Positions 21,696 to 32,984 of a DNA stretch of 64,000 bases are shown here, piece after piece. This stretch comes from Eledone cirrhosa. Its lineage: Eukaryota. Position 1 is the stretch's first letter; every line of letters begins with the position of its first letter. The stretch spans positions 98,704,001-98,768,000 of the forward strand of contig OZ024742.1 in the NCBI GenBank assembly GCA_964016885.1. The letters run 5' to 3'. The notes below the pieces were generated by a model. The model saw nothing but the letters and a program-made list of their open reading frames with translations. It ran no database searches and was not told the origin of the DNA. A program made the position numbers and the translations under genes.

Positions 21696-24625
21696 GGTGG
21701 TGTTGGTGGTGGTGATAGTAGACATTTAGTTGTGTTGGTGGTGGTGGTGATATTAGATATTTAGTTGTGGTGGTGGTGGTGATAGTAGACATTTAGTTGT
21801 GGTGGTGGTGGAGGTGGTGGTGTTGGTGTCAGTGTTAGTGGTGATTGTGGCGTTATAGTTGTGGTGGTGTTGGTGGTGGTTGTGGTGGTGGTGGTGATGG
21901 CAGTGGTGATAGTAGACATTTAGTTGTGGTGGTGGTGGTGGTGGTGCTGGTGGCAGTGGTGATAGTAGACATTTAGATGTGGTGGTGGTGGTGGCAGTGG
22001 TGATAGTAGACGTTTAGTTGTGGTGGTGGTGGTGGTGGTGGTGGTGGTGGCAGTGGTGATAGTAGACATTTAGTTGTGGTGGTGGTGGTGGTGGTGGTGG
22101 CAGTGGTGATAGTAGACATTTAGTTGTGGTGGTGGTGGTGGTGGTGGTGGTGGTGGCAGTGGTGATAGTAGACATTTAGTTGTGGTGGTGGTGGTGGTGG
22201 TGGTGGTGGTGGTGGCAGTGGTGATAGTAGACATTTAGTTGTTGTGGTGGTGGCAGTGGTGGTGGTGGTGGCAGTGGTGATAGTAGACATTTAGTTGTGA
22301 TGGTGGTGGTGGTGGTGGTGGTGGTGGTGGTGGTGGTGGTGGTGGTGGTGGTGGTGGTGGTGGTGGCATTGATGATAGTAGACATATAGATGTGGTGGTG
22401 GTGGTGTTGGTGGTGGTAGTGGTGATAGTAGACATTTAGTTGTGGTGGTGGTGGTGGTGGCAGTGGTGATAGTAGACATTTAGTTGTGGTGGTGGTGGTG
22501 GTAGTAGACCTTTAGTTGTGGTGGTGGTGGTGGTGATAGTAGACATTTAGTTTGATGGTGGTGGTGGTGATTGTAGACATTTAGTTGTGTTGGTGGTGGT
22601 GGTGATATTAGACATTTAGTTGTGGTGGTGGTGGTGGTGATAGTAGACATTTAGTTGTGGTGGTGGTGGAGGTGGTGGTGTTGGTGTCAGTGTTAGTGGT
22701 GATTGTGGCGTTATAGTTGTGGTGGTGTTGGTGGTGGTTGTGGTGGTGGTGGTGATGGCAGTGGTGATAGTAGACATTTAGTTGTGGTGGTGGTGGTGGT
22801 GGTGCTGGTGGCAGTGGTGATAGTAGACATTTAGATGTGGTGGTGGTGGTGGCAGTGGTGATAGTAGACGTTTAGTTGTGGTGGTGGTGGTGGTGGTGGT
22901 GGTGGTGGCAGTGGTGATAGTAGACATTTAGTTGTGGTGGTGGTGGTGGTGGTGGTGGCAGTGGTGATAGTAGACATTTAGTTGTGGTGGTGGTGGTGGT
23001 GGTGGTGGTGGTGGCAGTGGTGATAGTAGACATTTAGTTGTGGTGGTGGTGGTGGTGGTGGTGGTGGTGGCAGTGGTGATAGTAGACATTTAGTTGTTGT
23101 GGTGGTGGCAGTGGTGGTGGTGGTGGCAGTGGTGATAGTAGACATTTAGTTGTGATGGTGGTGGTGGTGGTGGTGGTGGTGGTGGTGGTGGTGGTGGTGG
23201 TGGTGGTGGTGGTGGTGGTGGTGGTGGTGGTGGCATTGATGATAGTAGACATATAGATGTGGTGGTGGTGGTGTTGGTGGTGGTAGTGGTGATAGTAGAC
23301 ATTTAGTTGTGGTGGTGGTGGTGGTGGCAGTGGTGATAGTAGACATTTAGTTGTGGTGGTGGTAGCAGTGTTAGTGGTGATAGTAGACATTTAGTTGTGG
23401 TGGTGGTGGTGGTGGTGGCAGTGTTAGTGGTGATAGTAGACATTTAGTTGTGGTGGAGGTGGTGGTGGTGGTGGTGGCAGTGTTAGAGGTGATAGTAGAC
23501 ATTTAGTTGTGGTGGGGGTGGTGGTGGTGGTGGCAGTGTTAGTGGTGATAGTAGACATTTAGTTGTGGTGGTGGTGGTGCTGGTGGTGATAGTAGACATT
23601 TAGTTGTGGTGGTGGTGGTGGTGGTGGTGGCAGTGGTGATAGTAGACATTTAGTTGTGGTGGGGGTGGTGGTGGTGGTGGCAGTGTTAGTGGTGATAGTA
23701 GACATTTAGTTGTGGTGGTGGTGGTGATAGTAGACATTTAGTTGTGGTGGTGGTGGTGGTGGTGGTGGTGGCAGTGTTAGTGGTGATAGTAGACATTTAG
23801 TTGTGGTGGTGGTGGTGATAGTAGACATTTAGTTGTGGTGGAGGTGGTGGTGGTGGTGGTGGCGGTGTTAGAGGTGATAGTAGACATTTAGTTGTGGCGG
23901 TGGTGGTGATAGTAGACATTTAGTTGTGGTGGTGGTGGTGGTGGTGGTGGTGGTGGCAGTGTTAGAGGTGATAGTAGACATTTATTTGTGGTGGGGGTGG
24001 GGGGTGGCAGTGTTAGTGGTGATAGTAGACATTTAGTTGTGGTGGAGGTGGTGGTGGTGGTGGTGGCGGTGTTCGAGTTGATAGTAGACATTTAGTTGTG
24101 GCGGTGGTGGTGGCAGTGTTAGTGGTGATAGTAGACATTTAGTTGTGGTGGTGGTGGTGGTGGTGGTGGTGGTGGTGGTGGCAGTGTTAGTGGTGATAGT
24201 AGACATTTAGTTGTGGTGGTGGTGGTGGTAGCAGTGTTAGTGGTGATAGTAGACATTAAGTTGTGGTGGTGGTCGTCGTCGTAGTAGACCTTTAGTTGTG
24301 GTGGTGGTGGTGGTGATAGTAGACATTTAGTTGTGGTGGTGGTGATAGTAGATATTTAGTTGTGGTGGTGGTGGAGGTGGTGGTGGTGGTGTCAGTGTTA
24401 GTGGTGATTGTGGCGTAATAGTTGTGGTGGTGTCGGTGGTGGTTGTGGTGGTGGTGTCAGTGTTAGTGGTGTTAGTGGTGTTATAGTTGTATTGGTAATG
24501 TTGGTGGTGGTGGTGGTGGTGGTGGTGGCGGTGTCAGGGTTAGTGGTGTTAGTGGTGTTATAGTTGCATTGGTAATGTTGGTGGTGGTGGTGGTGGTGGT
24601 GGTGGTGGTGGTGGTGTCAGTGTTA
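20550..24625. repeat. ~4-kb compound minisatellite: constant GATAGTAGACATTTAGTTGT alternating with variable (GGT)n
   Basis: Dozens of copies of the 20-mer (roughly 80-90 by eye) separated by GGT runs of variable length; includes a higher-order duplication of ~855 bp. Confidence 0.97.
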
Positions 24626-24865
24626 GTGACGGGGCTGTTGATGTTAAGGTGATGAATATCACTGATCATTATGTTAATGATGATCAAGTATATCAAATTG
24701 GTGACATTGATGACAGTCACAATACGAGGTGATAATGATTGTGATAATTAATGTTTATGATGATTAGAATGTTGGTGTTTAAAATCGTTGTGATGAGATT
24801 GACGTTCATTATTATTATGTTGGTTCTTCTTACCATTATTGTAATATTATTATTGCTGTTACTGC

Positions 24866-24905
<40 letters not shown>

Positions 24906-25074
24906 ACTATTCCGCTTAGTAGACGGCATTCAGCTCAACAATAAATTAATTTGAAATGTTCTGCGGACAGCCATAAAGGCATTGATATATGGCTCCTTGT
25001 TCGACCTGGGCAAAACATTATTGTATGCCACATAGAAGTTGTTAGAGCAGCGGTCGCGTATAACGTATCATCAT

Positions 25075-25437
25075 CGTCTTCATCAATATTGCAATGAGTT
25101 TCGATCAATTACGGTAATTAGTATTCCAGATGTTTGATCGGCGCAACAGGTAGCTCGTGATATTAACGATGTGTAAGTGATTGGAAATTTTACAGACAAG
25201 AGTATACTTAAAGTTAATCTCAGTGTGATACAGTATGTGAAAAAGCAAAATCTATGCATTGCAGCTGTAGTACACTCGACAGGTTTACAAAATATTTCGG
25301 TCTACATAATTTCAATCACACGATTTCGCTAGACGGAAGTCTGTGATAAATACCACTTGTGAAAGATGCCAGACAGAGGGATTGAAACTGAGCTCTAATG
25401 GTTGCTAAAAAAAAATTCATAACCATTTAACTAGGCA
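25075..25437 (-). mobile_element. Diverged SINE, family 2
   Basis: GCTCGTGATATTAACG..AAGTGATTGG..ACAGACA.. is the reverse complement of the family-2 body; head-like sequence lies toward 25437. Confidence 0.5.
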
Positions 25438-25539
25438 GCATTCAACAGCAGTACACCTCGCGTGCATGAAGACAGCACTAGTTAAATCAGTGGAACAATA
25501 TACTTTGCATTAATTTTCTGTGTGAAACACTATTATATG

Positions 25540-26170
25540 TTGGGGTCGTACAAACAGGTCCATGAGCAATTTTAGGCATCTTTTGAGTTTTGTAACATAT
25601 ACCTCGGGGTACATTTTACGAAACACCAATTGTAGAAGCCTAGCTATAGAACTATTATGTCTACATGGAGCAGATAACATCAAGAGTGTTGGGAAGGAGC
25701 TCCTTGAAAAGTACTCCCTGCCTGTTAACCAAAAGCTCATAGCCAATGAAATTTCACAGCAATACACTATAGTATCCATATCAATAAATGATCAGTCATG
25801 GCTATGTAGCCAGAAAGCTTGAAATTAAAAGTAATATAGATAAGCAAAGCAGTCTATCTCGGAAAAAACAACCAGTATATTGAATTTCAATTGGAAGGAT
25901 ATAATTTTGGAATCCAAGAACAGGAAATTGCAAAAAAATATATAACGCGTAAAAGTGGTAGTTGCGACAACAGATGCAGACACTGCAGAATAAATAGCGC
26001 GGAAGTCAACCACATCAGGAACAGCTGTCCAAAGATGTCTTTATGATACAATTTACATAACAGGTATGATGTAGTGTCCAACACACTATACAATTCAATT
26101 CATAGAAAGAATAGACCTGGGAATAAACATATAAAAGATAAAATGATCTGTGAAAAAGAATTGATTGTAT
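25540..26170 (+). mobile_element. R4/Dong-like LINE fragment including the CCHC zinc knuckle
   Basis: LEGYNFGIQEQEIAKKYI..CDNRCRHCRINSAEVNHIRNSCPKMS..RYDVVSNTLY. Confidence 0.75.
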
Positions 26171-26500
26171 GTTCCAGTCCAACCCCAATGTGCCTTTATC
26201 TATATCTATCTATCTATCTATCTATCCATCACTCTCACTCCCCCCTCTCTCTCTCTTTATATATATATATAATTATAATAGAATATAAAAGAAACACGAA
26301 CACAGATATATAGATATATGTGTTCAAATCGTAAGGGACCTGATTGGCTCAGGTAAAAAGAATACTAACTATAGACAATTGGGTTCGCTTGTCTCAATTT
26401 AAGAACAAATTAAGAAAATAAATACAAACCGGAATTGTGGTAACTACCGATCACCTAGACAACTTGTTATTGTTTCGCAACATATATATAGTTCACCATA

Positions 26501-26541
26501 CCGAGAACAAATGTTTCACCTTAAGCGAATCTTCAGCACGG
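26501..26541 (-). ncRNA. Degenerate minimal hammerhead
   Basis: CCGTG CTGAAGA TTCGCTTAAGGT GAA AC-ATTT-GT T CTCGG; core boxes intact, stem II weak. Confidence 0.45.
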
Positions 26542-26617
26542 ACGTACTTACTACTTCTACCAAACTCGTCCAATGGACTGAGTGTTCTACCACGACGGTT
26601 ATTACCTTCCAGTGTTC

Positions 26618-26724
<107 letters not shown>

Positions 26725-26747
26725 CTGTGTCTGTATGTCTGCGAGTC

Positions 26748-26813
<66 letters not shown>

Positions 26814-26830
26814 CATTATATTTGTTGCCA

Positions 26831-26950
26831 TTCCGAGTTCAAATCCCGCCGAAGTTAACTTTGCCTTTCATCCTTACGGGATCGATAAAATAATGTACCA
26901 GTAATGTACTGAGTATTTGCTGACCTTGTGCCAATAGTAGAAACAATTAT
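26831..26950 (+). mobile_element. SINE family 1, 5'-truncated
   Basis: B-box through tail matches 4235-4350. Confidence 0.88.
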
Positions 26951-27026
26951 ATGTGTGTGTGTGTAGTGTAACAATTTCGTAAAAGCTGGTTGGGCAATCA
27001 ACCTCAGGAGCAACCACCTGTAACAT

Positions 27027-27218
27027 TAATAATTGTTTCTACTTTTGGCACAAGGCCAGCAATTACCCAGTACATTACTAGTACTTTATTTTATCGACCC
27101 CAAAAGGATGAAAGGCAAAGTTAACCTCGACGGGATTTGAACTCAGACCGTTAGGGGGCGTAACTATGCTAGAAAGCATTGCGTCCAACCCTCTACAGAT
27201 ACTGTCAAATCACCGCCC
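27027..27218 (-). mobile_element. SINE family 1, full length
   Basis: Reverse complement of the 4171-4353 type sequence. Confidence 0.9.
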
Positions 27219-27309
27219 TTGTAATATTAATAATATTATGATATTATAATATTATTATTACAACACGCACGACTCCACACACACACACACGCACAAATAC
27301 ACACACACA

Positions 27310-27356
<47 letters not shown>

Positions 27357-27754
27357 GTACACACACACATATATATATTCATACATAAATATATAGATAA
27401 AGACAGTGAGAGAAAGTGAGAGAGGGGGAGAGAGAGACGGAGGGGGTGTAAAATCCCGAAGTAAACAATACAAAACATATATTAAATACTTTCAAGTTTT
27501 AGAAAAAACTCCGTTTAAACGATTGAAGAGCAATGAACATACATATGATACACTACAGTGTAAGAATCGTGAGCTTATAATTTGTGTATTTTGTGTATCA
27601 ATATGTCTGGACTATGCACAGCCTGTACATTGTGTGAAAAGTGAAAAAAATATCTACTAATTCGGAAAACCGGATGACAACACATTTTTGAATGTTTATA
27701 TATTTATGTTTTCAACACATCAAAAATATAATATATATATTTATGGATAATATA

Positions 27755-27839
<85 letters not shown>

Positions 27840-28054
27840 TATACACATACATATATATATATATACATACATATACATTTATATATATATATATATATAT
27901 ATGCGTATATATGTGTGTGTGTGTGTGTATGTGTGTGTGTGTGCGTAGTGTCTCGCTCGCACAGCATACAGTAACTGATTATTGACTTTGCAGAAATGTT
28001 TTTGAAGGATAAACGGAAATTCTAAAGAAGCCACATTAATAACTTCATTGCTGT

Positions 28055-28386
28055 TACCACTCCATCACTACCACAACCACCATCACAACTACAACCACCA
28101 TCACTACCACAACCACCACCTCTACCATAACTACTACCACTACCACCTCTACTAAAACCATCATCACTGCCACAACCACCACCATTACTACCACAACCAC
28201 CATCAAATCTACAACCACCATCACAACTACAACCACCACCACTACCACATCCACCATCACAACTACAACCGCCATCACTGTCACAACCACCATCACAACT
28301 ACAAGTACCACCAGTACCACAAACACCATCACTACCACAACCATCACCACTACTACTAACAAACAACAGCAACACTACCAAAACCA
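28055..28386. repeat. Degenerate 18-bp minisatellite (CCACCATCACWAC(T/C)ACAA-like)
   Basis: Period-18 variants of CCA/CTA/CAA triplets. Confidence 0.8.
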
Positions 28387-28873
28387 AACACCCTCCACTA
28401 ACAAAAGCAACAACAACAAAACATCTGCAACAGCCAGAACAACAACAACAACAAGGAAATTGTGTAGTGAAGTGAAGTGATAAATAAATACAATGTAGTA
28501 GTCAACAATTCTTACTTAGGTGCCAGAATTTGAAATAGTGGTGTAGTGTGTGAAGGGTGGAATTGACAGAAATATCTGAAATATGCCATTGTACAGAACC
28601 ATGTCGATAATAAACTGCAGACTAACTTCTCTGATGACTGTCAACATCAACCGAATGATCATTCTCCTTCTCATCATTCTCTCCATATTCCTTCTTCTCT
28701 CTTCATCATCCTTCTTCTCCCTTCTCTACTTCTTCTTCCTAATTCTCATCAGCCCCGTCGTCATCGGCGTCATCACCTTAATCGCCCGCCTATAAGTTGA
28801 CAACTTAGCCCTTATGCACCCCCTCGTTCGCATCGTCTTCCTCTTCCTCGTAGTCTTCCTTCTCCTCCTCATG

Positions 28874-29066
28874 ATAATGGTTTCTTATATAGGCACAAGG
28901 CCAGCAATTTTCTAGGGGAGGGGAAAATCGATTAAATCGACTCCAGTACATTACTGGCACTTTATTTTATCGACCCCGTAAGGATGAGAGGCAAAGTTAA
29001 CCTCGGCGGGATTTGAATTCAGACTGTAAAGGACAGTAACTCTATGCTGCAAAGCATGGCGTCCGA
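28874..29066 (-). mobile_element. SINE family 1 (long-tail variant)
   Basis: GGCACAAGGCCAGCAA..TTTATTTTATCGACCCCGTAAGGATGA.AGGCAAAGTTAACCTCGGCGGGATTTGAA. Confidence 0.88.
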
Positions 29067-29069
29067 TCT

Positions 29070-29475
29070 CCTCCTCATGATAATGATCATGATCCTCATC
29101 ATCATTGTCATCATTGTTGGGTAGTGGTTGACATCATCATCAGCATCGTTATCGTCATTTTCACCAACATCATCATATTCGCCGCAGTTATCATCATTAT
29201 TATCATCATCGTCATCATCATCATCATTATTATCATCATCGTCGTCATCATCATTATTATCATCATCATCATCATTATTATATTCATCATCATCGTTATC
29301 TTCATCATTATCATCATCATGTTTATGATCACCGTCACCAATAACAACATCATCATCGTCATTGATGGTGTCTTTGTCTACGTCATCATCCTTATTTACA
29401 TCGTCGTCATCAACAACATAATCATCATCCCTGTTGTCATCATCATTATCATCATCATTATAATCACCAATATCA
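29070..29475. repeat. Degenerate (CAT)n/(TCA)n low-complexity tract
   Basis: Directly visible. Confidence 0.9.
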
Positions 29476-29671
29476 ATACGTACGTGTTTCAATCACAACT
29501 GTCGCAGAATCTATAAGTCGCAGGAATCTCTTCGGTCGCAGGATTCTATAAGTATATATATATTTATACTCAAGACAATACTTAATGTAATTAAGTGTTG
29601 TAATTAAGTGTTGAAATCCCTCTTTAGAGAGCTAATCATTGTAACATTATACATATAAAGAACGTTGATAG

Positions 29672-29749
<78 letters not shown>

Positions 29750-29753
<4 letters not shown>

Positions 29754-29835
29754 CTATCAAAGTTCTTTCGTTGCACACCTGTAACCTGGTACTATTATGT
29801 CCCTCCTATTGCATTTTAATGTCTACATCATTTTT
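29750..29835 (-). mobile_element. pLTR end remnant related to the 10105-13996 PLE
   Basis: Minus strand AAATGATGTAGACA..GGAGGGACATA..GTTACAGGTGTGCAACGAAAGA aligns by eye with 13710-13795; the CTGACGA box is lost. Confidence 0.55.
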
Positions 29836-29844
29836 ATTATATAT

Positions 29845-30215
29845 ATAACTTTGGCATTGGGAGCTGGACCAACCGTCGAACAGGACGTCACTGTGTGGTG
29901 CCAAAGGTCCCGTCTTCCACATCTAGAATAAGGAGCAGGTATTGCAATAGCCCTCAACTCTTCAACAAGCTGCCGAGGGATCTGAGAGATTTGCATGACG
30001 TGTAGGTGGATGTCTTCAAGAAACATCCCGACACCTTGTTATCCAGGATCCCGGATGAGCCCACAGCAAGGCATGAAGGAAACCTAAGGGCAGCAGCAAC
30101 AAACTCCCTCTTACACCAGTGGCCAACCTATACAGGCTGGAGATAAAATGTGTAGCAACAAGAGCGGTGCCCCAGCATGGCCTCAGCCGGATGGCTGAAA
30201 CAGGTAAAAGAGTAA
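29845..30215 (+). mobile_element. CR1-group LINE 3' end
   Basis: RTGRHCVVP..PQLFNKLPRDLR..VFKKH.D.LLSRIPDEP..RAAATNSL, then a 3' UTR with hairpin TCAGCC-GGAT-GGCTGA. Confidence 0.75.
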
Positions 30216-30342
30216 ATAACGAAGGAAATGTGGTAAGGAACCAGATGGAGCATAACGCGTCCAGAATTAGCCGTCGAAACGGCTTGAGCTCAGCCGTCGG
30301 GGTCCTACTCGTTCCTATATATATATATATAATATATATTTA

Positions 30343-30373
<31 letters not shown>

Positions 30374-30378
30374 ATGTA

Positions 30379-30409
<31 letters not shown>

Positions 30410-30477
30410 ATGTATATGTATATATAAAATAAAATAAAATAAATAAGTCAAATGTTTAAAATTTACCTTCGTTTATT

Positions 30478-30532
30478 ACTGCTATATATATTTCGGTGAC
30501 AGCCATCTTTGCCTGTGACTTCTTCAGGCAGT
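30478..30532 (-). ncRNA. Type-I hammerhead ribozyme (left arm)
   Basis: ACTGC CTGAAGA AGTCACAG..CTGTCACC GAA ATATATAT A GCAGT. Confidence 0.7.
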
Positions 30533-31228
30533 CCGAATTAGTGTGGTATAGACAAGTACATATGTTGTTGAGGTGTATAACTTTGTCAATACTCTGATAT
30601 GCCCAGATCCTTCCCCCACCACCACCACGGGAGATGGTGGCAGGAGGGATGAAGAAACACACACACAGATACTTCTAAATTGTCAGCAGCAGCAAGACAT
30701 AAGCTGACCACAACACCAACAACACTACCAAAATAAGGATAGAGGTCAGATTAACTTAACAATAGCAAACACAAACACTACAGGGAGCCTCACCCCAGAA
30801 AGAATTCCTATAGACTTTGAACTGAGGAATGCTCTCAAAACTGACCAATGTAATTTCTTTTGTTATTTTGTACCTTTACCATCTTATTCCTTCTACCACT
30901 TTATCAATTTTGTTTTAGCTAACTCCAACAATAACAACACTACCAACACAAGAATTGAGGTCAGATGTACCTAACAATAACAAGAACAACAACTACAGAT
31001 TGGCTTGCCTCAGAACGAATTTCTATAGAATTTTGAATGGGGAATGTTCTAACAACTGACCAATGAGAGGAGAAGAGGCCCTTTGGCACTGAAATTCGTT
31101 TGTTTGAATTCATATGATTCCAGTTCCTCAGTGAAATAACAACCCAACCAGGAACTGGGCATATCAGAGTATTAACAAAGTTATACACCTCAGCAACATA
31201 TGTACTTGTCTATACCACAGTAATTCGG

Positions 31229-31283
31229 ACTGCCTGAAGAGCTCACAGGCAAAGATGGCTGTCACCGAAATATATATAGCAGT
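31229..31283 (+). ncRNA. Type-I hammerhead ribozyme (right arm)
   Basis: ACTGC CTGAAGA GCTCACAG..CTGTCACC GAA ATATATAT A GCAGT: perfect 5-bp stem I, intact core, palindromic stem III, predicted AUA cleavage after 31278. Confidence 0.72.
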
Positions 31284-31482
31284 AATAAAAGAAGCTAAAT
31301 TTTAAACATTTGACTTATTTATTTTATTTTATTTTACATTACTCCGGAGTAACCAAACCAACCTGCACACTTCGTCGAGTGCTCCAATCTGCATACTATA
31401 GTGTTGGTATACAACCAACATATACTCAAAATATATGTATATATATATGTTTGTGTATGTATGTATATATATATATGTGTGT

Positions 31483-31565
<83 letters not shown>

Positions 31566-31939
31566 TGTCTGTGTGTGTGTGTGTCTGTGTGTGTGTGTGT
31601 GTTTAAACAGCGAGCGAGTTTGAAATTAGAAATAGAAGCTTTCGCTGTATTTTGAGGAAATAAATTTTAGCCTGATACTGTGCTACCATTACACCAACAT
31701 ATATAAGGCGGAGGAACTCATAAGTGCCAATGGCTATCCTAATCTGTCTACATATGTATATATATACATACATCATCATATATTTTAATATCCCCTATTA
31801 TTTTTATTTTTTCTTAACATTTTCATTTATTTAAATTTTAAATTGTTTATATTTTAGTATGCATGCATTGTATGTTTGTATGTATAATGGATGGGCGAAT
31901 ACGTGGATGTTTGTGTGTGAGTGGGAAATGAAAGAAAGT

Positions 31940-32960
31940 GGTGGTCTTCACGTGAAACAAAGTAATCGTCTTCAAACTGCTGCTGCTAGAAGGGATATAA
32001 AAGCATATGACGGTATGGCTTTAAGTAGCGTGAAACCTCACCGGTTATTAGTAACTGATGGATCCACTTTGTCAACAGCTAAAATTATATTCTTAACAAA
32101 TGGAAAGGACACTTTGAAACAGTTTTAAATTCTACATTTGTTGTAGATCATGATCTCATTTAATGAATTCCTTTAAGGCCACACAATCTGGGATTGGACT
32201 TCAACTCATCATATTTTGACGTCGAAACAGCTATTAAACAAATGGTATCAAGTATGTCTTCTAATAATGCAATACCCGCTGACGGAAATGTACCTGTACA
32301 TAAGCTTTCTGATTTGTTCATTTTGATTTGGAAGAATGTTCAGGTCCTCAAACATCTAAAGACTTATCTACCTCTTTAAAAGAAAAATGAAAAAAACTAG
32401 TTTGACAAGCATCGTGGTATATCACTGCTTTCTGTAGTGGACAAGATCCTCGATCCAGTTGTTTTCACGTGGTAGATCATGTTTATTCTGAATCACAATG
32501 CGGCTTCAGGATCGGGCGAGGGACCACAGACATGATATATTGCTTGCGGCAGGTTGTAGGAAAAGTACGAAAGGAGAACAGCGTCCAGTGAATAGTCTTT
32601 GTTGACTTAACAAAGGCTTTTGACTCTCTCAATTGCGATATATTGTGTTCAGAGCAGATGAGGTATAACACTATCTAGGTCCCAATATAGTGCACTATCA
32701 GATTAAATTCTTATGGACAACAATACTGTAAGGATCTTTTACATACTTAGGAAGTGAAATCAATTCCTACGCTTCTCTAGACGATGAAATAGTGAATAGG
32801 ATCGCCAAGGCTCGTGATGCCTTGGGAAAGCTGTGAGCCAGTGTATGGAAGGAGAGATGGTTGAGTTTATAAACTTAAATTTCACTTTACCGTGCTGTTA
32901 TCATTGTAACATTGCTGTATGCGACTGAGTCGTTAGAACCACATAGAAAACATATTGGAA
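31940..32960 (+). mobile_element. RTE (BovB-like) LINE RT fragment, decayed and internally deleted
   Basis: RGISLLSVVDKIL, SESQCGFRIGRGTTDMIYCLRQ, VFVDLTKAFDSL, FTYLGS, DEIVNRIAKA, YRAVIIVTLLYATES. Confidence 0.85.
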
Positions 32961-32984
32961 TCAAAAGCTCGTCGGACCTCTGTT

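Larger units (their letters stand above)
30426..31436 (+). mobile_element. Short non-coding PLE derivative with inverted hammerhead-bearing arms
   Basis: Arms 30426-30611 and 31150-31335 are inverted; diverged internal direct repeat 30708-30850 / 30924-31065; tail 31336-31436 also occurs at 45770-45865; TA-rich flanks. Confidence 0.8.

Noticed and set aside
20550-24625. CRISPR-like repeat-spacer appearance and poly-His/Pro/Thr ORFs
   Set aside because: Spacers are only GGT runs, there are no cas genes, the context is eukaryotic, and the frame shifts at every unit.
28022-28387. Gly/Cys-rich ORF (GGCSCD repeats) resembling metallothionein or keratin-associated protein
   Set aside because: Explained by an 18-bp degenerate triplet minisatellite; non-ATG start and no splice or context support.
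29019-29516. Asp-rich ORF resembling acidic shell proteins
   Set aside because: A (CAT)n-derived tract open in several frames that runs into a SINE.
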